Source: Chitinophagaceae bacterium (GTDB lineage: Bacteria > Bacteroidota > Bacteroidia > Chitinophagales > Chitinophagaceae). Taken from it: a stretch of 64,000 nucleotides of DNA. The stretch is taken from positions 5,381 to 69,380 of the forward strand of contig JBHYCS010000021.1 of assembly GCA_051861445.1 (NCBI GenBank). The letters are read 5' to 3'. The translations under genes were made by a program, and so were the position numbers. The notes beneath the pieces were generated by a model. It saw only the letters and a list, made by a program, of their open reading frames with translations. It was not told the DNA's origin and made no database searches. Every line of letters starts with the position of its first letter. Within the stretch, counting starts at the first letter, position 1. Positions 19,785 through 30,383 of this stretch are shown piece by piece.

Positions 19785-21806
19785 TTATCGTAATACAATT
19801 CCCCCTAAAGCAGGTAAATGAATATTTAACTCGTAGCATTTACTAGCCTTATCTACCAAAGTAGCTTTTATTTCGGTATTGAAAACATCGCCTGTACCCC
19901 AGAATTCTTTTGCATCACTATTAAAAATTTCTTTCCAAGTTTTTTTATTGTGCGTATATATTTTCCAATCGTTTCTTACTACAGGAGTCATATTTAAAAC
20001 CACCAACACATCGTCTTTCGGTTTATTTCCTTTTCGTTTATACACAACTACGCCTTCACTTCTATGGTTTAAATCAATCCATTCAAAGCCATCTGTATCA
20101 AATTGTTTTTCGTACAAAGCAGGTTCAAATCGATATAGCTCATTTAATTTTTGTACACAATATTTCATACCACCATGACTCACATGTTTTAATAAATCCC
20201 ACTGCAATTCTGTTTTATAATTCCATTCATTTGTAGCTGCAAATTCATTTCCCATAAACAAAAGCTTAGCACCAGGATGTGTAAACATATATGTGTACAG
20301 TAAACGAAGATTTGCAAACTTCTGCCATTCATCACCTGGCATTTTATAAATCATAGGGCTTTTGCCATGTACAACTTCATCATGACTAAGCGGCAACATA
20401 AAGTTTTCATCTTTAAAGTACATCATGCTGAATGTAAATTTATCTTGATGAAACTGTCTGAATAAAGGATCTAACTTGTAATAGTCGAGTGTATCATGCA
20501 TCCAACCCATCATCCATTTCATTCCAAAACCCAAACCATCTTCAAAAGTGGGTTTGCTTACACCAGGCCAATCGGTTGCTTCTTCAGCAATAGTTTGAAT
20601 ATCTGGAAAATCTCGATACAATGTTTCATTCAAATCTTTAATAAATGCAATAGCTTCAATATTTCCATTTCCGCCAAATTCGTTGGGCTCCCATTGTCCT
20701 GCATTTCTGCTATAATCTAATCGTAGCATACTGCTAACAGCATCTACACGAATGCCATCTATATGAAATTGATCGCACCAAAAACGAGCACTACTAATTA
20801 AAAAACTTTTTACTTCTCCTCGTTTATAATTAAAAATATAACTCTTCCAATCGGGATGATAGCCTTTACGCATATCTGCATATTCGTAAGTATGAGATCC
20901 ATCAAACATAAATAATCCATGTGCATCGTATGGAAAATGAGAAGGAACCCAATCTACAATTACCCCAATACCTGCTTGATGAAATGCATTTACTAAAGTG
21001 GCAAAATCTTGTGGATTACCAAACCTACTTGTTGGAGCAAAATAACCCGTTCCTTGATAACCCCAACTTCCATCAAAAGGATGCTCCATAATGGGCATTA
21101 ACTCTACATGTGTAAAACCCATTTCTTGCACATACGGCACCAATAAATCTACCATTTGCAAGTACGAATTATAGCTTTCTTCATTGTGCTTATCTGGTCG
21201 CATAAAACTTGCCAAATGCACTTCATAAACCGAATATGGAGCGTTTAAAGCATTGTGTTGTTTTCTATTTTTCATCCAAATGGCATCAGTCCATTCAAAA
21301 CTAGTTTGCCAAGTAATGGAGGCAGTAAATGGTCTTTTTTCTGAAAAATGAGCAAATGGATCTGCTTTGTCTAATCGTATATCATTGGCTCCATGAATAT
21401 GGTATTTATACGCTTCTCCTTGTTGCAAATTGGGAATAAATCCTTCCCAAATTCCAGACTTATCTAACCGAACTTTTAATGGATGAGCCGTTTTGTCCCA
21501 ATTATTAAAATATCCGGTAACACTTACATAAGTAGCATTAGGAGCCCACACAGCAAAGTAGGTACCTTGGGTATTTAAAACCGTAATTTGCTTGTTTCCA
21601 AAATACTTATACAAGCTATAATGTGTTCCATTTTGAAAGTTGCTAATATCTTCTTCTGAAAACAAAGAATAATTCCATACTGGTTGAGCAGCATCTACAA
21701 AATGTATGTCTTCATATTTTTTTAATATCTTTTTTCCAACCTTTTTAGGCTTTATTGCTCTTGTAGAAGTATCTGAATTGGTTGATACAATTTTTTTAGA
21801 TGGCAT
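19785..21806 (-). CDS. glgB: 1,4-alpha-glucan branching enzyme
   Basis: FAVWAPNA, YEVHLAS, FTHVELMP, SWGYQ, VDWVPSHF, GIRVDAVSSM, IAEEAT, LPLSHDEVVHGK. Confidence 0.96.
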   Translation of the reverse strand: MPSKKIVSTNSDTSTRAIKPKKVGKKILKKYEDIHFVDAAQPVWNYSLFSEEDISNFQNGTHYSLYKYFGNKQITVLNTQGTYFAVWAPNATYVSVTGYFNNWDKTAHPLKVRLDKSGIWEGFIPNLQQGEAYKYHIHGANDIRLDKADPFAHFSEKRPFTASITWQTSFEWTDAIWMKNRKQHNALNAPYSVYEVHLASFMRPDKHNEESYNSYLQMVDLLVPYVQEMGFTHVELMPIMEHPFDGSWGYQGTGYFAPTSRFGNPQDFATLVNAFHQAGIGVIVDWVPSHFPYDAHGLFMFDGSHTYEYADMRKGYHPDWKSYIFNYKRGEVKSFLISSARFWCDQFHIDGIRVDAVSSMLRLDYSRNAGQWEPNEFGGNGNIEAIAFIKDLNETLYRDFPDIQTIAEEATDWPGVSKPTFEDGLGFGMKWMMGWMHDTLDYYKLDPLFRQFHQDKFTFSMMYFKDENFMLPLSHDEVVHGKSPMIYKMPGDEWQKFANLRLLYTYMFTHPGAKLLFMGNEFAATNEWNYKTELQWDLLKHVSHGGMKYCVQKLNELYRFEPALYEKQFDTDGFEWIDLNHRSEGVVVYKRKGNKPKDDVLVVLNMTPVVRNDWKIYTHNKKTWKEIFNSDAKEFWGTGDVFNTEIKATLVDKASKCYELNIHLPALGGIVLR

Positions 21807-21840
21807 TTTATAAAATTATTATTTTTTTTAACATAATTTT

Positions 21841-21860
21841 ATAACTAAAATTTTAGTTAT
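21841..21860. repeat. Perfect 20-bp palindrome between divergent glgB and the beta-barrel gene
   Basis: ATAACTAAAATTTTAGTTAT equals its own reverse complement. Confidence 0.7.
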
Positions 21861-21923
21861 TCTTATGCAATTTATGGATTTTGCAGCCAATCGAATCTAA
21901 TACTTTTTTAATAAACACTGTTT

Positions 21924-24686
21924 ATGACCAAGCTAACAACCTTATGCATTGTATTTTTTCTGTTTTCTGTACCCATTTTGGCACAGCAAGCCTCTATAAA
22001 GGGAAATGTGGTAGACACAAGTAATAAAGAAAATTTAAGAAATGCAGTTGTTTCTATTTTACGAGCTACTGATTCAATTTTAGTAAAATTCACAAGAACC
22101 GATGCTAAAGGGTATTTTGAAATCAACAATTTACCAACTGGAAAAATAATGGTGCTAATTAGTTATCCATCGTATGTTGACTATGTAGATGTATTTGAAC
22201 TAAATGAAAATGAGCAAAAAGACTTAGGCAGTAGACCATTGATTTTAAAAGCAAAATTATTAGAAGAAGTTATTGTACAACAAAAAGTAGCTGCCATCAG
22301 ATTAAGAGGCGATACCACAGAATACAAAGCAGATAGTTTTAGAGTTGGGGCAAATGCCAACGTGCAAGATTTATTGAAAAAAATGCCTGGCATTCAAGTA
22401 AATAGCAAAGGAGAAATTACCACACAAGGGCAAAAAGTAGAAAAGATTTTAGTAGATGGAGAAGAATTTTTTAGCGATGACCCTGCTGTTGTTTCTCAAA
22501 CACTAAGAGCAGATGCTGTAGATAAAGTGCAGGTGTATGACAAAAAAAGCGATCAAGCGGTGTTTAGTGGGATTGACGATGGTGAAAAAACAAAAACCAT
22601 TAATCTACAATTAAAAGAAGATAAGAAGAAAGGATATTTTGGTAAAACAGAAGCTGGCACAGACTTTAACCAATACAAAACAGGAAAAGTAATGGCCAAT
22701 TCTTTTAAAGGAAAAAGAAAATTAGCAGGCTATATTACTTACGATAATACTCGTTTTGAAAGCTTAGATTGGAATGATAGAAACAACTATGGTGGGAATA
22801 TGAATACAAACACAGAAGTTGGCGACGATGGTGGCATTTACATGTATAATGAAGGCGATGAGTTTAGTTGGGGACAAGGATTGCCAAGTGCAATTACTGG
22901 TGGATTATTGTTCTCAAAAAAGTGGGGTAAGGATAAACACAACTTCAACGGTAATTATCAATTTAACCAATTAGAAGTACAAGGTAAAACAACAAGCATT
23001 GATCAAAAAATATTTGAAGACACTGCTTACATAGAAACATCGATCAAAAACTTCGTTAGCAACAAACAAAGAAACAGAATTAGAGGTGTTTACGATTTTG
23101 CAATTGATAGTTCAAGTTCGTTAAAAGCTACGCTTAATGCAGGTATTACCAACATTAACAACAAAGGAACAACCACAGGAGCAATTACCAATTTAGATGG
23201 AAGTTTTATTAACCAAACACAAAAAACAATTTCTAGTATTTCTGACAATAAAAATCTTACAAGTAATATTTTTTATAGAAAACGATTTAAGAAAAAAGGA
23301 AGAACCATTAGCGTTAATGCCGATTTTGGATTTACCGATAATAACAACGAATTTAACTTAGATGCAAGCAACCAATTCTACAACAAATTCGGAACAATTA
23401 CCACCGTTGAAGTTACCGATCAGTTTAAGCCATCTGTTGAAAAAGGCTCAAACCTTAGTGCTAAAGTTTCATATACAGAACCATTATGGAAAAATACTTT
23501 TTTAGAATTAAACTATAGATATGCCAATAGTAAAAATGATGCTGAGAAAAATACTTTCAACAAAGACTTTAACGGTAATTTTACAAGTTTGGTAGACTCA
23601 TTAAGTAATCACTTTATTTTTAACACACATAACAATAATGGTGGTTTTACGCTGAGATACAATGCTAAAAAATTCAACTTTTCGATTGGTTCTGGCTTAG
23701 GCAGAGTTGTATTTAATCAAACAGATGTAAATGATAACACTAATAGAAAAGTTGGCTTCACCAATTTTTTACCAACAGCAACCATCGGATTTACACCAAC
23801 CAAACAAAAACGTTTTACATTAACCTATAATGGCTCTACAAGAAACCCAAGTATTTTACAAATTCAACCCATTATCGACAACATTGATCCATTAAACATC
23901 AATGTAGGTAATCCAAATTTAAAACAGGAGTTTAGAAATACATTCAGCCTAAATTTCTCTGATTACAAAATCATCAAAAGCAGAAATATTTGGTTGAGTG
24001 CCAATTTTACAACCATTAACAATGCTATTAGTTCTTCTGTTGTTTTTAACGATTCTACTTTAAAAAGAGAAAACAAAACCATCAATGTTGATGGCAATTA
24101 CAACGGAAACATGTGGAGCCAATTTGGGTTTGATGTTGCCCCTTCTATGAACCTCAGCTTTGGTTTTAACCCTAACATTAGCAGGTTTGTAAACTTTATT
24201 AATAATCAAAAAAATACAACCGACAATGTACGTTTAGGCTACAGCATTAACTTGGGTTATTGGCCTGATAAATGGTTGAATTTTTATTTCAACATCAGAG
24301 CAAATAGCAATCGTTCTACATCTTCTATCAACAAAAATATTGTTACTAGATACTGGACTTACAATTCGTATGGAGAAGTAAACATGAAGCTTCCTAAAAA
24401 GTGGTATATCACGTTAGAAGAAGAAATAAATGTGTACGAAAAAACGTCAATTTTTGCCAATCAACGAGATATTTTTATCATCAATGCATCGGTAAAAAAA
24501 TCGATAGACAAAGACGAAAATTGGCAAGTAAAATTATCTGGCAATGATATTTTAAAACAAAATCAGTCCGTTTCAAGAAACATCAGTAGCAACGTTATTT
24601 CAGAAACAACCAATCAAAATATTCAACGGTTTTTCTTACTAACACTCATCTACAATTTTAGTAAAAATGGTAAACCATCTAATTAA
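21924..24686 (+). CDS. Outer-membrane beta-barrel protein with an N-terminal carboxypeptidase-regulatory-like domain and a TonB-receptor-like plug
   Basis: Signal peptide, TDAKGYFEINNLPTG, LEEVIV, LLKKMPGIQV, KILVDGEEFF, alternating beta-strands, near-terminal YNF; 920 aa. Confidence 0.8.
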   Translation: MTKLTTLCIVFFLFSVPILAQQASIKGNVVDTSNKENLRNAVVSILRATDSILVKFTRTDAKGYFEINNLPTGKIMVLISYPSYVDYVDVFELNENEQKDLGSRPLILKAKLLEEVIVQQKVAAIRLRGDTTEYKADSFRVGANANVQDLLKKMPGIQVNSKGEITTQGQKVEKILVDGEEFFSDDPAVVSQTLRADAVDKVQVYDKKSDQAVFSGIDDGEKTKTINLQLKEDKKKGYFGKTEAGTDFNQYKTGKVMANSFKGKRKLAGYITYDNTRFESLDWNDRNNYGGNMNTNTEVGDDGGIYMYNEGDEFSWGQGLPSAITGGLLFSKKWGKDKHNFNGNYQFNQLEVQGKTTSIDQKIFEDTAYIETSIKNFVSNKQRNRIRGVYDFAIDSSSSLKATLNAGITNINNKGTTTGAITNLDGSFINQTQKTISSISDNKNLTSNIFYRKRFKKKGRTISVNADFGFTDNNNEFNLDASNQFYNKFGTITTVEVTDQFKPSVEKGSNLSAKVSYTEPLWKNTFLELNYRYANSKNDAEKNTFNKDFNGNFTSLVDSLSNHFIFNTHNNNGGFTLRYNAKKFNFSIGSGLGRVVFNQTDVNDNTNRKVGFTNFLPTATIGFTPTKQKRFTLTYNGSTRNPSILQIQPIIDNIDPLNINVGNPNLKQEFRNTFSLNFSDYKIIKSRNIWLSANFTTINNAISSSVVFNDSTLKRENKTINVDGNYNGNMWSQFGFDVAPSMNLSFGFNPNISRFVNFINNQKNTTDNVRLGYSINLGYWPDKWLNFYFNIRANSNRSTSSINKNIVTRYWTYNSYGEVNMKLPKKWYITLEEEINVYEKTSIFANQRDIFIINASVKKSIDKDENWQVKLSGNDILKQNQSVSRNISSNVISETTNQNIQRFFLLTLIYNFSKNGKPSN

Positions 24687-24712
24687 TTCCTTTAACTATT
24701 AAAACTCTATAT

Positions 24713-25450
24713 ATGCGTTTCCTCATCATTATTTGTGCCCTATTTTTAGCAGCAACATCCAGTGCACAAACCCAATTTATTAATGCAGCAAAAGTTGAAT
24801 ACGAAAGAAGAGTAAACCAACACAGCCAACTAGATCAAGAAGGCGATAATCAATGGATTCAAGAATATAAAAAGCAAATACCTAAATCGGTTTCAGACAT
24901 TTATGTATTAAAATTCAATGCTGAAAAAAGTGTTTACAAGCTTGCCAAAGAAAACACCGATGTAAAATATTTGTGGGGCAGCAAACCTTCTGAAAACGAT
25001 ATAATTATAAAAGATTTTAAAACCAATACCATTTCCTTACAGAGAGATGTATTCGAAAATACGTATTTATTAAGAGACAGTTTAAAACAACTGAATTGGA
25101 AAATTACCGACGAAACACGTACCATTGCTGGCTTTGAATGTAAAAAAGCAATTACCAAAATTCACGATAGTGTGTATGTAGTAGCTTTTTACACCGATCA
25201 AATTATTACAAGTTCTGGTCCTGAAAGTTTTACAGGTTTGCCCGGTTTAATTTTAGGAGTAGCTATTCCAAGATTGTATACCACTTGGTTTGCTACAAAA
25301 GTAGAATTAATAGAACCCACACCAACAGAATTAGCCCCCATACAAAAAGGTAAAAAAGCCACTTGGAAAACCTTAATGGTAGATTTAAACAAAGGCGTAA
25401 AAGATTGGGGTAAAGAAGGTGCACGTTTTATATGGCTATTTTCTTTGTAG
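24713..25450 (+). CDS. GLPGLI family protein
   Basis: Signal peptide; WKITDETRTIAGFECKKA and GPESFTGLPGLIL signature. Confidence 0.9.
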   Translation: MRFLIIICALFLAATSSAQTQFINAAKVEYERRVNQHSQLDQEGDNQWIQEYKKQIPKSVSDIYVLKFNAEKSVYKLAKENTDVKYLWGSKPSENDIIIKDFKTNTISLQRDVFENTYLLRDSLKQLNWKITDETRTIAGFECKKAITKIHDSVYVVAFYTDQIITSSGPESFTGLPGLILGVAIPRLYTTWFATKVELIEPTPTELAPIQKGKKATWKTLMVDLNKGVKDWGKEGARFIWLFSL

Positions 25451-25675
25451 GCCACACACAATTCGAGTTATTTATTTTATGTACCCAGCAGTTGTAATTC
25501 TATTCAGCTGCATAGGCGTCGCACTCTTGTGCTTTAGCAACTTTATTCAAAAAATTGCAAAAACCTGTAACATTTCTATAAAAAATGCGTTCCAATGCAA
25601 TAAAATACAAAATAAATAATTTTTTTGCAACAAAAACCTGCAAAATAGAGTCAATAGAAAAGTAAAAAAATAGCG

Positions 25676-26170
25676 ATGAAAACAAGTGTATCCATTTTAT
25701 CAGTTCTACTACTCTTATCAAATACAAGTTGTAAACAGCAAGTACAAGAAAAAAGTACAGTTTCAGAAAATGAGATAGAAACACTTATCAATAGCACTTG
25801 GAAGTTAACCAATATTGGCTACGATTACAACCAAAACAATAAAATTGATGCCAACGAATCGGTTATCAAATCTTGCGAAAAAGACAATGAATTAGCATTT
25901 ATAAAAAATGGAACTGGCATTATTACCGAAAATCAACTTTCTTGTTCTGGACATAATTCCACCAACTTTCGTTGGTTTTTTCGCAACAAAATGCTTACCC
26001 TCTCTTACACCGACCATACGGAACAACTATTAAGTTTACAAAAAAATCGTTTGGTATTCACCTCAAACAACAATTCAAAAGGAAACTTAATTACAGAGTT
26101 TACACAACAAGAAGCATTTGTGGCAGATAAGCAATGTGCATACACAAAAAATCCATTAGCTCAGTTTTAA
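25676..26170 (+). CDS. Lipocalin-like lipoprotein, function unknown
   Basis: Lipoprotein-type signal ending NTSC, LINSTWKL motif, CEKDN...F motif; overlaps the coaE 3' end by 15 nt. Confidence 0.55.
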   Translation: MKTSVSILSVLLLLSNTSCKQQVQEKSTVSENEIETLINSTWKLTNIGYDYNQNNKIDANESVIKSCEKDNELAFIKNGTGIITENQLSCSGHNSTNFRWFFRNKMLTLSYTDHTEQLLSLQKNRLVFTSNNNSKGNLITEFTQQEAFVADKQCAYTKNPLAQF

Positions 26171-26746
26171 AAGTAATTGTTCATGCAATGCCAATACTTG
26201 AGTAGTTAATAATTGTTGCTCATCGTTTACAACTACAAAATCGCACAAACGCATTTTAATTTCTTGAGAAATTTGTTTACTCATTCTATATAAAACCTCT
26301 TGTCTTCCTACATTATCTCGTTTCATTACCCTAGCAATTCGTAAGCTTTCAGGGGCTTTTATGCCAATTATAAAATCTAAATTAGCAGCTGTTCCTGCTT
26401 CAAATAATAGGGCTGCTTCTTTAACTACATAAGCAGATTGTTGTTGAGCCATCCAAATATTTGCAGCATTAATAGCAGCAGGATGTGTAATTGCGTTTAA
26501 AACTTCTAATTGTACTGCATCTTTAAAAACGATATTGGCAATAAATGGTCTATTCAATTTTCCTTCAATTGTGTACGATTGTTCACCAAATGCAGTAATT
26601 ATTTTTGATTTTATAGTCGCATCAACTTCCATCATTTTTTTAGTAGCTGCATCTGCATCAAAAACAGGAATACCCATACATTTAAATATATCTGCCACAG
26701 TGCTTTTACCACTACCAATTCCACCAGTTAACCCAATTTTCAGCAT
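26156..26746 (-). CDS. coaE: Dephospho-CoA kinase
   Basis: MLKIGLTGGIGSGKST, FDADA, LNAITHP, KEAALLFE, CDFVVVND; ATG 26746 preferred. Confidence 0.95.
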   Translation of the reverse strand: MLKIGLTGGIGSGKSTVADIFKCMGIPVFDADAATKKMMEVDATIKSKIITAFGEQSYTIEGKLNRPFIANIVFKDAVQLEVLNAITHPAAINAANIWMAQQQSAYVVKEAALLFEAGTAANLDFIIGIKAPESLRIARVMKRDNVGRQEVLYRMSKQISQEIKMRLCDFVVVNDEQQLLTTQVLALHEQLLLKLS

Positions 26747-26762
26747 GATGATTCTTTTAAAA

Positions 26763-26800
26763 TAAAAAAGCAAAGTCAAGCTAAAATACTGACTTTGCTT
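26763..26800 (-). terminator. Intrinsic terminator of the ara operon
   Basis: AAGCAAAGTCA-N11-TGACTTTGCTT stem with a U-tract on the minus strand. Confidence 0.8.
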
Positions 26801-26824
26801 AAATATATTTTTTGCAAGAAATAT

Positions 26825-28324
26825 TTATCTACCTATTTGATAATACATATCATTCCATCTTAGTTCACTTTTCAAATGATGCAAAGTGGTTTCTTTTCCA
26901 ATTAATACGTATTCAATATTCGCCATTTCTGCAAAATCTTCTAAATGCTCGGCTGTTAAATTTTGGCTATAACAAGTATGGTGAGCACCACCTGCTAAAA
27001 TCCATGAAGCACAGCCTGTATGCATGTTTGGATAAGGCTTCCATAAAACCCTAGCTACCGGTAATTTAGGCAACGAGTGCAAAGGTGCAACAGCCAAAAC
27101 TTCATTTACAAGCAACCTAAAACGATTCCCCATATCCACAACAGAAGCATTTAAAGCAGGACCGGGGGCACTATTAAAAACCAAACGAACAGGATCTGCT
27201 TTTCCACCAATACCTAAAGGATGAATTTCACAACTAGGTTTTGCATCGGCAATACTTTCGCAAATTTCTAGCATGTGTGCACCTAAAACCAAACGATTGT
27301 CTGGATTGAAATGATAGGTATAATCTTCCATAAAAGAGTTACCACCTTTTAATCCTGCACCCATTACTTTCATAGCTCTTACCAAAGCTGCCGTTTTCCA
27401 ATCGCCTTCACCTGCAAATCCATAACCCTTACCCATTAAGCGTTGAGCTGCAATACCTGGCAATTGTGCCATGCCATGTAAATCTTCAAATGTATCGGTA
27501 AAGCCTTTAAAATTTCCTGCTTGTAAAAATGCCAATAACCCCAATTCAATTTTAGCAGCTTCTCTTAAACTTTGGTGTTGTTCTCCACCTTTTAATAAGC
27601 TAGGCATTAAAGTGTAACTATCTGCATATTCTGCCACCAAAGTATCAATTTCAGCATCTGAAATTTGGTTTATAACATGTACCAAATCGCCAATACCATG
27701 TGTGTTTACAGAATATCCAAACTTTAATTCTGCTTCAACTTTATCACCATCCGTTACGGCTACATTACGCATATTATCGCCAAAACGAACATATTTTGCT
27801 TGTTGCCAATCATGCCATCCTGCAGCTGCCCTTGCCCAAATATTAATTTTATCGATAGATTCAGCATCTTGCCAATGACCAACTACTACTTTTCTATTCA
27901 AACGCATTCTACTCATCATAAATCCAAATTCTCTATCTCCGTGGGCAGACTGATTTAAATTCATAAAATCCATATCAATTTCTCCCCAAGGAATATCTCT
28001 ATTGAATTGTGTATGAAAATGTAACAATGGTTTCTGTAAAATTTTTAATCCTCCAATCCACATTTTTGCAGGAGAAAAAGTGTGCATCCAAGCAATAATA
28101 CCAATACAGTTTTTTGTGGTATTTGCATCTTGACAAACTGTATAAATTTCTTCTGCTGATTTTACAGTTGGTTTCCAAACAATACTTACAGGAATAACTG
28201 CATCAGCATGTAGAGAAGCTGCTATTGTTTGTGCATTTACTGCAACTTGCTTTAGTGTTTCTTCACCATACAAATGTTGGCTACCTGTTACAAACCAAAC
28301 TTCTAATGATTTTAAATTAGTCAT
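26825..28324 (-). CDS. araA: L-arabinose isomerase
   Basis: [69 protein letters not shown]. Confidence 0.97.
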   Translation of the reverse strand: MTNLKSLEVWFVTGSQHLYGEETLKQVAVNAQTIAASLHADAVIPVSIVWKPTVKSAEEIYTVCQDANTTKNCIGIIAWMHTFSPAKMWIGGLKILQKPLLHFHTQFNRDIPWGEIDMDFMNLNQSAHGDREFGFMMSRMRLNRKVVVGHWQDAESIDKINIWARAAAGWHDWQQAKYVRFGDNMRNVAVTDGDKVEAELKFGYSVNTHGIGDLVHVINQISDAEIDTLVAEYADSYTLMPSLLKGGEQHQSLREAAKIELGLLAFLQAGNFKGFTDTFEDLHGMAQLPGIAAQRLMGKGYGFAGEGDWKTAALVRAMKVMGAGLKGGNSFMEDYTYHFNPDNRLVLGAHMLEICESIADAKPSCEIHPLGIGGKADPVRLVFNSAPGPALNASVVDMGNRFRLLVNEVLAVAPLHSLPKLPVARVLWKPYPNMHTGCASWILAGGAHHTCYSQNLTAEHLEDFAEMANIEYVLIGKETTLHHLKSELRWNDMYYQIGR

Positions 28325-28330
28325 ATTTTT

Positions 28331-30370
28331 TTATTTAGAAATAATGTCAATGTTTTTTATTGTTTGCGGAAACCAAATCATCATTTCGCCTTTACCCCTA
28401 TTTGCCCAAGCATAATAAGGAATGGCTTTAAAAATTTGTTGCTTTGTGTTAATGGCATCTCCTTTATCAGAAATATTGATAACAGGTACAATTGCTTGAA
28501 TAGTTTGTATACCATTTAATACATTTTTTTCAAAAGCAGTTGAAAAACTTGTTGATGACGGCAAAATAATGTTAGAAGTTTTACCATTGTTATCAACCCA
28601 TTCTGCACAATATACCAAAGGACCACGTTGTAAAGCAACTTTACCAATATTATCTCTCACCAAATTGTTGCAGCTAATTGTGTGTACAGGCATTGGTAAA
28701 ACTAGCTCAACAGTATCGTTATTCATCCATTTTCTTTCAATAATAGCATATCCATTTTCCACATTTATGGTCACCATTTTTCCATTTACTTTACAAACAA
28801 TAGCGGTAGAATCTTTTTGTTGAAACTGATATAACTGTGATGGAATGGCTTGCTGAACTGCCCATCCTGGAATTCGAATATGCAACTTAAACCAAAGTGG
28901 ATTTTTTGTTTGCATTGTAAATAATAAATTTCCTTGCCAAGGATAATTATTTTGCTGTTGAATTTGTAAAGACTTGCCAGCTATGTTAAAAAAGGCAACA
29001 CTATTGGCAAATAAATTGGCATAAATAGACTCATTTTTTTGTGCATATAAATAACCAGCTAAAGAAGGTAAAAAACGAGTAATATTGGTGGGGCAACAAG
29101 AACAATCAAACCAGCCAGAACGAGTAACTTCTACTTTTCCATCTGTAAATCCGTTTGCTGTTCCATTTATTGTATGATAATTTTTAACTTGCATAGCATT
29201 GGTATAAAAAAAAGATTTACCATCTAATCCTACACCAGCTATTAAACCATTGTACAATATTTTTTCAAGTACATCAATGTATTTAGATTGTCCATGTAAT
29301 AAAAACATTCGCTGATTCCAATAGACTCCAGCAATTGCAGCACAAGTTTCGTTGTAAGCACTAGCATTAGGTAATTCATAGTTATCGCCAAATCGTTCTC
29401 CACTAGCAATAGCACCTAAACCGCCTTGTACGTATATTTTCTTTTCTACAACATTATTCCATATTGCATCAATTGCTTTCGATATTGCAGTATCGTTACA
29501 CAGTGCTGCAATATCGGCCATTGCAGCATATAAATAACCTGCACGTACAGCATGGCCAACTGCTTCTTTTTGTTGTATTACAGGTAAATGATCTTGCCAA
29601 TAAGCTCCATTTTTCCAAGGATCTTTACTTTTTACATCGTATGTATACTTTCCTCTTGATTCAATAAAAAAACGAGCTGTTTCGAGATATTTTATTTGAT
29701 TGGTAACTCGGAATAATTTTATCAATCCCATTTCAACAATTTGATGACCAGGGGCTACAATCATTTTTCCCTCACCAAAAACGCTACAAACCAAGTTAGC
29801 ATTTTTAATGGCGATATTCAATAAACTTGTTTTTTTTGTTGCCAAGTAATGTGCAACTGCAGCTTCGTATAAATGACCTGCATTGTATAACTCATGACTT
29901 AATTCTCTCTCTTTTTCCCAACGTTGTAAGCCAGCCCATGAATGAGGTTGAGCTGGATTAATAGTACGAGCAGTATATAAATAACCATCACTTTCCTGTG
30001 CCTTTTCTATCAGTACAATCAATGAATCTACATAAGCTTCTAAACGTTTATCGGAATAATTAGCAAGTGAAAAAGATGCAGCTTCAATGGTTTTATAAAT
30101 ATCAGTATCATCGAAAGGAAAAGTTGTACAGAATTTTCCTTTTTTTTCTGCCGCCATTACAAAATTTTTTATCCTTCCTGTGCTTTCGCATCTTTCGAAT
30201 GAGGCAGGAATAGTTACCAAACGATTGGTTTGAATACGAGGCAACCAAAAGCTATCTGTGAGTTTAACTTTTGTAAAATCTATTGCAGTATATGCATAAT
30301 CGCTTTGTTGGGCATTTACTCCATAAAAAATACAGAAAGAAAGTAGTGTAATTATGATTCTACAATTCAT
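28331..30370 (-). CDS. GH127 beta-L-arabinofuranosidase-like protein, exported
   Basis: Signal peptide, HELYNAGHLYEAAVAH, GHAVRAGY, YNETCAAI, CSCCPTN, RGPLVYCAE. Confidence 0.92.
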   Translation of the reverse strand: MNCRIIITLLSFCIFYGVNAQQSDYAYTAIDFTKVKLTDSFWLPRIQTNRLVTIPASFERCESTGRIKNFVMAAEKKGKFCTTFPFDDTDIYKTIEAASFSLANYSDKRLEAYVDSLIVLIEKAQESDGYLYTARTINPAQPHSWAGLQRWEKERELSHELYNAGHLYEAAVAHYLATKKTSLLNIAIKNANLVCSVFGEGKMIVAPGHQIVEMGLIKLFRVTNQIKYLETARFFIESRGKYTYDVKSKDPWKNGAYWQDHLPVIQQKEAVGHAVRAGYLYAAMADIAALCNDTAISKAIDAIWNNVVEKKIYVQGGLGAIASGERFGDNYELPNASAYNETCAAIAGVYWNQRMFLLHGQSKYIDVLEKILYNGLIAGVGLDGKSFFYTNAMQVKNYHTINGTANGFTDGKVEVTRSGWFDCSCCPTNITRFLPSLAGYLYAQKNESIYANLFANSVAFFNIAGKSLQIQQQNNYPWQGNLLFTMQTKNPLWFKLHIRIPGWAVQQAIPSQLYQFQQKDSTAIVCKVNGKMVTINVENGYAIIERKWMNNDTVELVLPMPVHTISCNNLVRDNIGKVALQRGPLVYCAEWVDNNGKTSNIILPSSTSFSTAFEKNVLNGIQTIQAIVPVINISDKGDAINTKQQIFKAIPYYAWANRGKGEMMIWFPQTIKNIDIISK

Positions 30371-30383
30371 TAATACAGACTAA

